Below are positions 28,468-37,134 of a stretch of DNA of 64,000 nt, piece by piece; the stretch's first letter is position 1; every line of letters starts with the position of its first letter. Both the position numbers and the translations under genes were made by a program. Origin of the DNA: an uncultured Candidatus Saccharibacteria bacterium (GTDB lineage Bacteria > Patescibacteriota > Doudnabacteria > UBA920); NCBI GenBank assembly GCA_964512925.1, contig CAZEKH010000005.1, positions 4,325 through 68,324 of the forward strand, read 5' to 3'. The notes below the pieces were generated by a model. The model did no database searches. It saw nothing but the letters and a program-made list of their open reading frames with translations, and was not told where the DNA came from.

Positions 28468-29635
28468 ATATCCTATTTTAGTAAAGAAAAAAGAAAACCT
28501 GGCCTATTTGACTGGCGAGGTTTTTGATTTGCGGACACAGGAGTATCTTTTGGTAAAACCGCTGAAGTACGCGGATAAACGCGGAAGCTATACAGGGGTT
28601 GTTGGGTTTGGCAGCGGTCTGGAAAAAATTTCCTGGGCGCCAAAGTCGGACACTTTATACAACATCGGAAAATATGTGAAAGGCTATGAGAAGTTAAATC
28701 TTGAATATGGGTTTACTTTGGGGGAACATAAGTACATAAAAAGCAAGATCAAGAATTTGAGATTGCAGGTAAAAGTCCAGCCGGAACATTCTCCGGTGGA
28801 TGAGATAAGGCAGATAAAGACCCCGGATGAAATATTGAAGATTAAAAAATCAATGGAAATAGTTAAACAGGTATACAAGTATACTAGGAAGCAAGCGGTG
28901 AAGAGCGGGATGACGGAAGCAATTTTGGCAAAATACATTGAAAATTTGGGTTTAAAGTTGGGGGCAGGCGAGCTGGCGTTTCCGGCCATAGTAGCAAGCG
29001 GTAAGAACGCGGCAATGCCACACCACGTACCTACGAAAAAAAGGTTGAAGCCGGGTGAAAGCATTATTTTGGATTTTGGTTTTTTGGCCGGAGGCCAATC
29101 CGCCACTGGCGGAAAATCTTCATCTAACTACTGCAGCGATTTTACTCGTACGGTTTTTATCAAAAAAGTTCCAAAAAAGCTGGAAATAGCTTATAATCAG
29201 GTGGAGAAAGCTTATTTAGGGAGTATGGAATACATTAACTCCCCCAACCCCCGCCCGAACGCCGCAGGCGGGCAGGCCTCTTTGAAAAAGAGGGAAAAAT
29301 TCACCATCTCCTCCTCTTTGACAAAGAGGAGGCAGGGAGGAGTTCGTGCAGAGGGTGTTTACCAAAAATCAGTCGAGATTTTAGCCGAAAAAAAACTGGA
29401 TAAATATTTTATCCACTCGCTTGGCCATGGTACCGGCCTTGAGATCCACGAAAGGCCTTATTTGGGTCCAAAGTCAAAAGACATTTTAAAAGAAGGAATG
29501 GTTTTCAGTATAGAACCTGGCGTGTATTTTCCCGAGTATGGAGGGGTTCGGATAGAAGATTTGGTCTATATGGAAAATGGAAAAGTAAAAAAATTTATAG
29601 AAGTACCAACAGATTTAAAGTCTAATATTTTATGA
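28427..29635 (+). CDS. M24 family metallopeptidase (Xaa-Pro aminopeptidase-like) with in-frame palindromic insertion; start uncertain (ORF opens at 28346)
   Basis: 'HSLGHGTGLEIHERP', 'FSIEPGVY', 'VRIEDLV' M24 metal-ligand motifs. Confidence 0.65.
   Translation: MEHQRLRQLQQEIKYPILVKKKENLAYLTGEVFDLRTQEYLLVKPLKYADKRGSYTGVVGFGSGLEKISWAPKSDTLYNIGKYVKGYEKLNLEYGFTLGEHKYIKSKIKNLRLQVKVQPEHSPVDEIRQIKTPDEILKIKKSMEIVKQVYKYTRKQAVKSGMTEAILAKYIENLGLKLGAGELAFPAIVASGKNAAMPHHVPTKKRLKPGESIILDFGFLAGGQSATGGKSSSNYCSDFTRTVFIKKVPKKLEIAYNQVEKAYLGSMEYINSPNPRPNAAGGQASLKKREKFTISSSLTKRRQGGVRAEGVYQKSVEILAEKKLDKYFIHSLGHGTGLEIHERPYLGPKSKDILKEGMVFSIEPGVYFPEYGGVRIEDLVYMENGKVKKFIEVPTDLKSNIL
29237..29344. repeat. composite palindromic element inside the M24 peptidase gene (three hairpins: CCGCCCG..CGGGC, CCTCTTTGAAAAAGAGG, CCTCCTCTTTGACAAAGAGGAGG; outer arms AACTCCCCC/GGGAGGAGTT)
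   Basis: 108 nt (36 codons) encoding NSPNPRPNAAGGQASLKKREKFTISSSLTKRRQGGV. Confidence 0.65.
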
Positions 29636-29949
29636 CACGCAATTTTGAGCAGGGTCCGAATCGGGACAGAACAAATAAAGAATGGCTAAAAGTTTTTTTG
29701 ATTAAACGACAAAATATTTTAGGTTTTGTTAAGCAAATATCGTCAAAAAGAAAGTTATTTGGGGCAGAAGCTGACACGCTTATAGAACAAGGTGTAAAGA
29801 TTTTAAGAACAATCAATGAAATTACCGCCGGTCTTTCGGTAAAAGCGTCTTTGTATCCTGGATTGACTGATTTTGCAACAACATTGAAAGAGTGTGAGCA
29901 GCTAGAACAGAATTTTAGATTGTATATCCACAAACAGTCAGAGATATAA
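29632..29949 (+). CDS. hypothetical protein
   Basis: 105 aa; overlaps the M24 peptidase stop by 4 nt. Confidence 0.3.
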   Translation: MTRNFEQGPNRDRTNKEWLKVFLIKRQNILGFVKQISSKRKLFGAEADTLIEQGVKILRTINEITAGLSVKASLYPGLTDFATTLKECEQLEQNFRLYIHKQSEI

Positions 29950-29970
29950 TTAATAATTAATTGCATTTTT

Positions 29971-30600
29971 ATGCCAGAGACGGATCATAACCACGGAGAG
30001 CAGCCTGCTTTGGATATAGAGACAATTGATACAAGATTGCATTTTTTAACATCGGAATTTAGCGCTTGGATGACTAGTCAAAAGGCAGCTGATCCTGATT
30101 TTTGGGGATCATACACAGATAGTAGAATTTTGGGACTTGTTTTGCAGATTAGGAATATTGAAAAAAATATTCGGGAAAATTCGAATTATCCAAACGAGGA
30201 GACTGTTAGTTTGATAGGAAGACAGATGGAGGCGGTAATGTCTGAATATAAAAAAGTATCAGAACAAAATTTGTCAGACAAAATAACAAGGCAAGAGTTA
30301 ACTAGGGTTTTTGGCGTTGAGTTGAGTTATATGGCAGATTTGGTGTTAAGTTGTTTGAAGAAAATTGACAAATATCATAGCACAGAGAATTCCCTAGGAT
30401 CAAAAACAGCTTGGGCTCAGTTATCTTGGAATCAAATAATGAAAAAAATTAAGCCTGAAAATGTTGAAGGTCCTAAGGCTGAGTTTATAAGCAGTTTGTC
30501 TAAAATAATCAGAATGATTTTAAAATTTAACAAAGAAAAAAAGATTATTTCTCAAAAAATAATCGAAAATCTGACAAGTTTTTTAGCATATAAAAATTAA
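29971..30600 (+). CDS. hypothetical protein
   Basis: 209 aa, no recognised motif. Confidence 0.35.
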   Translation: MPETDHNHGEQPALDIETIDTRLHFLTSEFSAWMTSQKAADPDFWGSYTDSRILGLVLQIRNIEKNIRENSNYPNEETVSLIGRQMEAVMSEYKKVSEQNLSDKITRQELTRVFGVELSYMADLVLSCLKKIDKYHSTENSLGSKTAWAQLSWNQIMKKIKPENVEGPKAEFISSLSKIIRMILKFNKEKKIISQKIIENLTSFLAYKN

Positions 30601-30611
30601 ACATTTTTTAA

Positions 30612-31877
30612 ATGATATTTACGAAAAAAGTTTTACCTAACGGTTTAAAGGTTATCGAAGTGCCGTCTAGTGACGCGGAAAGCGTGGTAGTGGATTTTTT
30701 TGTAAAGACCGGTTCGCGTTCGGAGACAGAAAAAGAAAATGGTATTTCCCATTTTCTTGAACATTTTTTGTTTAAAGGTAGTAAAAAGTATCCGACAGCA
30801 ATGGCTATTTCTTCCTTGGTTGACTCCATAGGCGGGGAAATGAATGCCAACACAGGTAAAGAACATACCCAGTTTTATATCAAAGCTGCCAGTAGGCATT
30901 TTAAACTGATATTTGAAGTTCTGACCGATATGATTCAAAACCCGCTTTTAGACCCAGCAGAATTGGAGCGGGAAAAAGGCGTGATAGTTGAAGAGATAAA
31001 TATGTACAAAGACACGCCAATGTACGAGATAGAAAATATACTGGAAGGGCAGATGTGGCAGGGGGACGCTTTAGGCAGGGACATTGCTGGAACCAAAGAA
31101 ACTGTGACCAAGTTTACCAGGGAAATGTTTTTAGACTATATAAATAGGCACTATCAAACTCCAAATATGCTGCTTGGGGTTTCCGGTAGCTACGATAAAA
31201 AAGTTTTAAATGATTTGATAAGCAAGTATTGGAAAAATTATCCGAAAAATAAATTTCATAATTGGACTAAAGCAGTAGACAGTCAAAATCAATATCGTCT
31301 GAAGGTTCAGTTTAAAGAAACCGAACAGGCGCACTTGGCATTAGGTTTCAAAGGTTTTAAATATGGAGACAAAAGAAACGCGGCGCAGTCTGTTCTTTCA
31401 GCCATACTGGGCGGCGGTATGTCCTCAAGGCTTTTTTCCGAAGTTAGGGAAAAAAGGGGCCTTGCTTACTATGTCCGTGCCAGCGGCGGGTCTTACCAGG
31501 ATACCGGCGTTTTTAACATTGGAGCTGGGGTGCAAATACCTAAAATAGAAGAAGCTATAAAAGTCATTTTAGACGAACTTGAAAAGATAAAAAGCATAAA
31601 AGTAGAAGACGCGGAACTTAAAAAAGCCAAAGAATTTATAAAAGGAAAATCGGCTTTGGCGTTAGAAGACAACCAGGTGCGCTTGGACTGGTTTTTGGAA
31701 GCCGCAGCTTTTAAGCCGGAAATCTTAACCCCCAAAGAAGCCTTTGCAAAAATAGACAAAGTAACTGCCTCAGACGTGCAAAAAGTTGCCAAAGATTTGT
31801 TTCAAAAAGAAAAACTGACTTTAGCGGTCATAGGGCCATATAAGGACGAGAAGGTTTTTGATAAATTAATAAAATAG
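30612..31877 (+). CDS. M16 family zinc peptidase (insulinase-like)
   Basis: 421 aa; inverted zinc motif 'HFLEHFLFKGS' (HxxEH). Confidence 0.8.
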   Translation: MIFTKKVLPNGLKVIEVPSSDAESVVVDFFVKTGSRSETEKENGISHFLEHFLFKGSKKYPTAMAISSLVDSIGGEMNANTGKEHTQFYIKAASRHFKLIFEVLTDMIQNPLLDPAELEREKGVIVEEINMYKDTPMYEIENILEGQMWQGDALGRDIAGTKETVTKFTREMFLDYINRHYQTPNMLLGVSGSYDKKVLNDLISKYWKNYPKNKFHNWTKAVDSQNQYRLKVQFKETEQAHLALGFKGFKYGDKRNAAQSVLSAILGGGMSSRLFSEVREKRGLAYYVRASGGSYQDTGVFNIGAGVQIPKIEEAIKVILDELEKIKSIKVEDAELKKAKEFIKGKSALALEDNQVRLDWFLEAAAFKPEILTPKEAFAKIDKVTASDVQKVAKDLFQKEKLTLAVIGPYKDEKVFDKLIK

Positions 31878-31888
31878 TTGTTAAATTT

Positions 31889-31925
31889 CCTCTCCAAGTT
31901 TGGAGAGGGGTTAGGGGAGAGGTTG
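31889..31925. repeat. nested palindromic element (CCTCTCCAAGTTTGGAGAGG + GGTTAGGGGAGAGGTTG) whose 3' arm supplies the SD for the next gene
   Basis: GGGGAGAGG ends 7 nt before the ATG at 31930. Confidence 0.65.
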
Positions 31926-31929
31926 TTGT

Positions 31930-32277
31930 ATGAAACGCAAGCCATATTTAGTACATAACGCAAAAAATTTAAGAACGCGTTCAACTATATGGGAAACAAA
32001 ACTTTGGCAATATTTGAGAGGCGGTAGATTTTTTGATTATAAATTTAAAAGACAAGTTGCTATAGAAAAGTATATCGTAGATTTTTGTTGCAATGAAAAA
32101 AAGTTGATCATTGAGTTGGATGGGAGTGGATATCAATTTTCAGAAAAAGATAAAATTCGTGATAAATTTTTTGAAGGGCTAGGTTATAAAATCTTACGTA
32201 TTTGGAATAATGATATTGACAATAATTTTGACGGGGTTCCATTAAGAATTAAACAAAATTTCGATGAAAAAAAATAA
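31930..32277 (+). CDS. DUF559/Vsr-like endonuclease-domain protein
   Basis: 115 aa; 'FKRQVAIEKYIVDFCC...LIIELDGSGY...RDKFFEGLGYKILRIWNND' matches the DUF559 restriction-endonuclease-like fold pattern. Confidence 0.6.
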   Translation: MKRKPYLVHNAKNLRTRSTIWETKLWQYLRGGRFFDYKFKRQVAIEKYIVDFCCNEKKLIIELDGSGYQFSEKDKIRDKFFEGLGYKILRIWNNDIDNNFDGVPLRIKQNFDEKK

Positions 32278-32283
32278 ACAAAA

Positions 32284-32329
32284 ACAACCTCTCCAGGCCT
32301 CCGGCCACCCTCCCCAAACTTGGGGAGGG
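32284..32329. repeat. palindromic element (CAACCTCTCCAGGCCTCCGGCCA + CCCTCCCCAAACTTGGGGAGGGG) immediately 5' of nfo
   Basis: GGGGAGGGG arm lies ~9 nt upstream of the ATG giving MAVGCHVSAAGG. Confidence 0.65.
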
Positions 32330-32338
32330 GAAAGCGGT

Positions 32339-33388
32339 ATGGCTGTGGGTTGTCATGTTTCTGCGGCAGGCGGAGTGTGGAATGCGCCGAAGAATGCAAA
32401 GGATTTAAACTGCGAAACTTTCCAGATATTTACCCGTCCGCCTATGGGCGGACCTGCGCCGAAAATAGACCAGGAGGGAGTAGAGAAATTTAAGATGGAG
32501 ATGGAGAAGTATTATTCTTCATTCCATACAGAAGATGCAGAACCCCTCCCAACCTCCCCTTTGGTAAAGGGGAGGGGTAAGGTAGGTTCCCCCTCTTTTT
32601 CAAAGAGGGGGTTAGGGGGAGTTGGTTTTGTTGTTCACTGCCCGTACATTGTAAATTTTGGTTCAGCAAAGAAAACTACTTTTCACGGATCTATTTCTAT
32701 AGTTTCTGAAGAACTAAAAAGGGCTAATTCGCTTGGAGCTCGGTTTGTTATGACTCACTTAGGCAGCTTTAAGGATTTGGGCCAGGAAAAAGGTATGGTG
32801 CAGGCGCAAAAAGGTTTGGAAGAGGTTTTAAAAAAGTACGAAAGTTCTATAAAAAACAAACAGCCCTCCCAATTTCTTTTAGAGATAGCGGCAGGACAAG
32901 GTGAAGTTATAGGTGATACTTTTGAGGAACTGGCCGAGCTTATGGAGCCGCTAAAAAAATACAAAACTTTCGGGGGAATCTGCTTTGACACTCAGCATGC
33001 TTGGTCTTCGGGATATGATATAACCAAAAGCGAATGGGTAAAACAATTTGAGAAGACTATTGGCCTAAAATGGCTGCGGATGAGCCATATAAACGACTCT
33101 AAAGTTGATTTAGGCGGCAAAAAAGACCGTCACGAGCATATTGGCGAGGGGAAGATAGGAGAAAAGGGGATATATAATTTTATTCGAAATTTAAAATTGA
33201 ACCTGCCTGTCGGCAAGGCAGGGATTGAAGATTTAAACACCCTCTCTACCCGAAGCGGGTCCCTTCTCTCCCAGAAGGGAGAGATTAATAATGTTGTCTT
33301 TGACTCTTTTGCCTTGATTTTAGAAACTGAACATGATAAAGTGAAAACAGACATAAAAATCTTAAAAAAATTAAGGGAAAAAATATAA
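32339..33388 (+). CDS. nfo: endonuclease IV (AP endonuclease family 2) with two in-frame palindromic insertions; longer ORF opens at 32264
   Basis: 'VGCHVSAAGGV', 'ICFDTQHAWSSGYD', 'RMSHINDSK..DRHEHIGEGKIG', 'ALILETE' match Nfo metal-ligand blocks. Confidence 0.8.
   Translation: MAVGCHVSAAGGVWNAPKNAKDLNCETFQIFTRPPMGGPAPKIDQEGVEKFKMEMEKYYSSFHTEDAEPLPTSPLVKGRGKVGSPSFSKRGLGGVGFVVHCPYIVNFGSAKKTTFHGSISIVSEELKRANSLGARFVMTHLGSFKDLGQEKGMVQAQKGLEEVLKKYESSIKNKQPSQFLLEIAAGQGEVIGDTFEELAELMEPLKKYKTFGGICFDTQHAWSSGYDITKSEWVKQFEKTIGLKWLRMSHINDSKVDLGGKKDRHEHIGEGKIGEKGIYNFIRNLKLNLPVGKAGIEDLNTLSTRSGSLLSQKGEINNVVFDSFALILETEHDKVKTDIKILKKLREKI
32541..32625. repeat. double-hairpin element inside nfo (CCTCCCCTTTGGTAAAGGGGAGG and CCCCCTCTTTTTCAAAGAGGGGG)
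   Basis: 85 nt encoding PLPTSPLVKGRGKVGSPSFSKRGLGGVG between conserved KY..S and (I/V)xxH..Y(L/I)xN(L/F)G blocks. Confidence 0.7.
33201..33288. repeat. triple-hairpin element inside nfo (CCTGCC..GGCAGG, ACCCGAAGCGGGT, TCTCTCCCAGAAGGGAGAGA)
   Basis: ~88 nt encoding LPVGKAGIEDLNTLSTRSGSLLSQKGEI, extra relative to E. coli Nfo between GEGxIG and ILETI blocks. Confidence 0.6.
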
Positions 33389-33522
33389 AATGGAAACAAA
33401 TAGAGAAATTAGTCCTGCAAGTGTGGAAAATAGCCCTGAAGCTCAATTGCAAAAATTGGAAAACAACAGGCAGACATTGGTATCAGTTATCGAGGGATTG
33501 GAAAGGTCTGGTAACTAATATG

Positions 33523-33723
33523 GATGAAAATTTGAAAAAGGTTATTGCTTTGGTGCAAAAATCCGATCTTGACCAGACAATAAAAGATATCCTGGTTCGC
33601 GACCTTTCACAAGACGGTCTAAATGACTTTATGAAAGAGCAGATAAAAGCTTACTGCTTGTCTGAAATAGAAAAGATAGATGCTGAAATAGAAGAAGTAA
33701 AGAAAATATTAGACGAAAAATAA
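33523..33723 (+). CDS. hypothetical small protein (internal start of ORF 33421..33723)
   Basis: 67 aa acidic helical; region also holds two other <60-aa ORFs (33390, 33727). Confidence 0.25.
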   Translation, partial: DENLKKVIALVQKSDLDQTIKDILVRDLSQDGLNDFMKEQIKAYCLSEIEKIDAEIEEVKKILDEK

Positions 33724-33896
33724 TGTATGAAAGAAAAAGAGTTTTTGGAATTTCAGATTGACCCAGAAACCGAAGCCGTATTAACAGATCCTATACGACT
33801 AAAAGAGCAAAGAAAGAGAGTTGTTGCGACAGGACACGAGCCTTCAGAAGCCAAAATGCTTGGTGAAAAAGGGATGTATGATGAAGATGAGAAATA

Positions 33897-33955
33897 AACA
33901 AAACCCCCTCCTAGCCTCCCCCATTTAGGGGAGGAAGGGTATAGGGGTTTTTGTT
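33897..33955. repeat. long imperfect palindromic element (AAAACCCCCTCCTAGCCTCCCCCATTTAGGGGAGGAAGGGTATAGGGGTTTT) followed by T-run; probable terminator
   Basis: inner CCTCCCCC/GGGGGAGG arms, outer AAAACCCC/GGGGTTTT arms. Confidence 0.55.
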
Positions 33956-34009
33956 TTTTACCTATTATATGGTAAAATTACCATATAATTTGCGGCATTT
34001 GTTTAATTT

Positions 34010-35047
34010 GTGAATAGTGAATATATGAAATATCACGAGCTGGAAAGTTCAACTAAAGTAATTCTAAAGGTGATTTTTGCGGGACTGGCGCTGGCTTTTT
34101 TGTGGCAGATACGAGATATTTTGCTTTTGCTTTTGTTATCCCTTATATTTGCTTCGGCTATGGACCCGATGGTCGGGTATTTTCGGGAAAAAGGCGTACC
34201 CAGGGCTGTTTCCGTGCTTTCAGTTTATGTTTTAGTATTAGGCTTAGGGGGTTTGGTTTTGGCTATGGTGGTACCAGCGGTTTTAGAACAGATAAATTTA
34301 TTTTCCAGTTCTTTGCCAATATATTTAGGGCGGATACAGGAAAGTTTTGGTATAAATCTCAACGGCGATTTCCTTCAAACTATTCAGAATTTTTTTAACA
34401 GCACAAGTCAAGCGGGAGTGGTGAGCGGAACTTTTGGGGTGTTTAGCGGATTTTTTAGCTTTATCACAGTTTTGGTTATCTCGTTTTACCTGGTGGCGGA
34501 AGAGCGGGGGATGAAAAAGTTTGTTTCCGCGCTTTTGCCGGAACATCATCATGAGTTTACTTTAGGACTTTTAGAAAAAGTACAAAAAAAGATGGGGCTC
34601 TGGGTTTTAGGCCAGCTCATACTTAGCCTTTCTATTTTTGCTCTAACTTTGGTGGGGTTGATGTTAGTCGGTGTCATTTATGGAAAGGGTTTTGACAACC
34701 CTATTGTAGCCAATGCTTTGTTTTTAGCTTTGCTGGCAGGAGTTTTAGAGATAGTGCCTTACATTGGTCCATTTGTTTCGGCAATACCGGCTTTGATAAT
34801 TGCTTTTGTCATAAGTCCGGCTTTGGCTTTGGCAGTGGGAATTTTGTATTTGTTTATCCAAAAAATGGAAGGTTATGTTTTGGTGCCTAAAGTTATGGAG
34901 CGTACAGTCGGCACTTCGCCTTTGGCAGTTTTAGTCGCTTTGCTTGTCGGTTTTAAGCTGGCGGGTATTTTGGGGCTTTTGATTTCCATTCCTTTAGTTT
35001 CCGCAGCAACAGTGGTTTTTAACGAATTTATGGCGGAGAGGAAGTAA
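34010..35047 (+). CDS. AI-2E family transporter (second paralog)
   Basis: 345 aa, 8 TM, same family architecture as 8818..9861. Confidence 0.7.
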   Translation: MNSEYMKYHELESSTKVILKVIFAGLALAFLWQIRDILLLLLLSLIFASAMDPMVGYFREKGVPRAVSVLSVYVLVLGLGGLVLAMVVPAVLEQINLFSSSLPIYLGRIQESFGINLNGDFLQTIQNFFNSTSQAGVVSGTFGVFSGFFSFITVLVISFYLVAEERGMKKFVSALLPEHHHEFTLGLLEKVQKKMGLWVLGQLILSLSIFALTLVGLMLVGVIYGKGFDNPIVANALFLALLAGVLEIVPYIGPFVSAIPALIIAFVISPALALAVGILYLFIQKMEGYVLVPKVMERTVGTSPLAVLVALLVGFKLAGILGLLISIPLVSAATVVFNEFMAERK

Positions 35048-35103
35048 AATTTTTTTAAACTAAAATATTAAACCCCATAATTTATGGGAAAGGAACAAAC
35101 AAT

Positions 35104-35478
35104 ATGAATATAGAAAACAATATTGGAAAAGGTGTAGAAATAAAGGGTGAAAAGAGAAAAATGGTTAAATTTTATGTATATACTGTGGATGGAGAGATTG
35201 CTGATATTTGGGCTACTAGCATAAAAGACGCAAGAAGAGAAGCTGATAGAATTTGGGCAGAAAAGGGTAAGATAGATTACGAAAAACTTCCTGAGAGACA
35301 AAAGTTTTTGGCAAGCCAAAAAGATAATTTAATCATTTCAGCGAAACTACAAGACTCTTCTGGGTTTGGAGAATCAGCAGTTGCTGATACCAAGGAATGG
35401 GAGCATTTAATTTGGGGTGAAGGTGGATTTATACATGATGATGGTTCAGTTGAACTTGCTCCTGATAAAGATAGATAA
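35104..35478 (+). CDS. hypothetical protein
   Basis: 124-aa ORF. Confidence 0.3.
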   Translation: MNIENNIGKGVEIKGEKRKMVKFYVYTVDGEIADIWATSIKDARREADRIWAEKGKIDYEKLPERQKFLASQKDNLIISAKLQDSSGFGESAVADTKEWEHLIWGEGGFIHDDGSVELAPDKDR

Positions 35479-35535
35479 GCGTACTTTAATTATTTTTCAG
35501 CATTGCTGATGAGTTAGAATTATTCTAGTGCTAGA

Positions 35536-37131
35536 ATGAATAGATTTTACCTTACAACCACCCTTCCATACGTAAATTCAGACCCTCACTTGGGGTTTGC
35601 TTTGGAAATGGTTTTGGCGGACACAATAGTTCGGTTTCAAAAATTGCAGGGTAAGGAAGTTTTTTTTAATACAGGCACAGACGAGCATGGTCTTAAGATA
35701 TATCAAAAAGCTTTAGAACGAGGTATAAGCCCAAAAGAGTACTGCGACGAATATGCAGAAAAATTTAAACAGCTGATGCCAGCTTTGGGGGTTTTGCCGG
35801 AGATACATTTCATACGCACCACGGACGAACACCATATAAAAGCCTGTCAGGAGTTTTGGAAACTGGTAGATAAAAATGGCTACATAGAAAAGAAAAATTA
35901 TAAGGTCAAATATTGCGTTGGCTGCGAGCTGGAAAAAACTGAAAGCGATCTGTCAGAAGAAGGAAAATGTTTAGTGCACCCGCATTTGGAAATAGAGATT
36001 CGCGAAGAGGAAAATTATTTTTTTAAGTTTAGCGCTTTCCAAAAACCGCTTTTAGAACTTTATGAAAAACAGCCGGATTTTGTTGTGCCGGATTTTCGGT
36101 TTAACGAGATTAGAGAGTTTGTAAAAAATGGACTTTCTGACTTTTCTATCTCGCGGCTTAAAGAAAAAATGCCCTGGGGCGTGCCTGTGCCGGGCGACGA
36201 CAACCACGTTATGTATGTCTGGTTTGACGCGCTTATAAACTATGTTTCAACGTTGGGTTGGCCAGAATACCACCCCTTTAATTCCCCTCCTATTTTAGGA
36301 GGGGAGGGCCAGAATGGCGGGGAGGTTAGTAATTTATTTCAAGAATTCTGGGGGACAAAAGAAAACCCTAACGGAATACAAATTGCAGGCAAGGACAACC
36401 TCCGTCAGCAGTCTGCTATGTGGCAGGCAATGCTTATGGCTGCGGGCCTGCCGAACAGTAAACAAATCATCATCCACGGCTTTATTAACTCCGGGGGGCA
36501 GAAAATGTCCAAATCTTTGGGCAATGTAGCGGATCCTTATAAAATAATTGAAGATTTAAAAATAAAAGGATTGAATAAACAACAGGCGACAGACGCGCTT
36601 CGGTATTATTTACTCAAAGAAATTCCTACTTTTGAAGACGGGGACTACACTTGGGATAGGTTTTTGGAAGTCTATAACTCCGACCTTGCCAACGGCATTG
36701 GCAACCTAACAAGTAGGATTTTGAAAATGAGCATAGCTAATTCAATTTTTCTCTCTCCAGGCGTGGAGAGAGTCCCCGACTCGTCCGCCAAAGCTTTAGC
36801 GGAGGAGGAAGGGGGAGAGAGGTCGCATGATAGTAATTCCCCAAACGATCAAAAAATTAAAGAGTTTATTTCCTCTTACCACTTAAAACTCGCTCTTGAA
36901 GAAATCTGGAAAGATATAAAATTCTGCGATGAATACATTCAAAAAGAAGAACCATTTAAAGTCGTTAAAGTAGACCCGGAAAAAGCAAAAAAGCAGATAG
37001 AGTTTTTACTTGGTAAACTAAAAGAGATAGCAGAAAACCTGCAGCCGTTTTTACCAGACACTTCCCAGCAAATAACAAACAGTTTAAAACCGCTTTCGGG
37101 AGAAATTCCACGGTTGTTTCCGAGGATATAA
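35536..37131 (+). CDS. metG: methionine--tRNA ligase (short form) with two in-frame palindromic insertions
   Basis: 531 aa; 'TTTLPYVNSDPHLG' HIGH-type motif, 'KMSKSLGNV'. Confidence 0.9.
   Translation: MNRFYLTTTLPYVNSDPHLGFALEMVLADTIVRFQKLQGKEVFFNTGTDEHGLKIYQKALERGISPKEYCDEYAEKFKQLMPALGVLPEIHFIRTTDEHHIKACQEFWKLVDKNGYIEKKNYKVKYCVGCELEKTESDLSEEGKCLVHPHLEIEIREEENYFFKFSAFQKPLLELYEKQPDFVVPDFRFNEIREFVKNGLSDFSISRLKEKMPWGVPVPGDDNHVMYVWFDALINYVSTLGWPEYHPFNSPPILGGEGQNGGEVSNLFQEFWGTKENPNGIQIAGKDNLRQQSAMWQAMLMAAGLPNSKQIIIHGFINSGGQKMSKSLGNVADPYKIIEDLKIKGLNKQQATDALRYYLLKEIPTFEDGDYTWDRFLEVYNSDLANGIGNLTSRILKMSIANSIFLSPGVERVPDSSAKALAEEEGGERSHDSNSPNDQKIKEFISSYHLKLALEEIWKDIKFCDEYIQKEEPFKVVKVDPEKAKKQIEFLLGKLKEIAENLQPFLPDTSQQITNSLKPLSGEIPRLFPRI
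36268..36327. repeat. palindromic element inside metG (CCCCTCCTATTTTAGGAGGGG) flanked by 8-bp direct repeat GCCAGAAT
   Basis: encodes FNSPPILGGEGQNGGEVS; GCCAGAAT at ~36261 and ~36309. Confidence 0.6.
36749..36822. repeat. composite element inside metG (CTCTCTCCAGGCGTGGAGAGAG, CCGCCAAAGCTTTAGCGG, G-rich tail AGGAGGAAGGGGGAGAGAGG)
   Basis: 74 nt encoding LSPGVERVPDSSAKALAEEEGGERS. Confidence 0.55.
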
Positions 37132-37134
37132 AAT

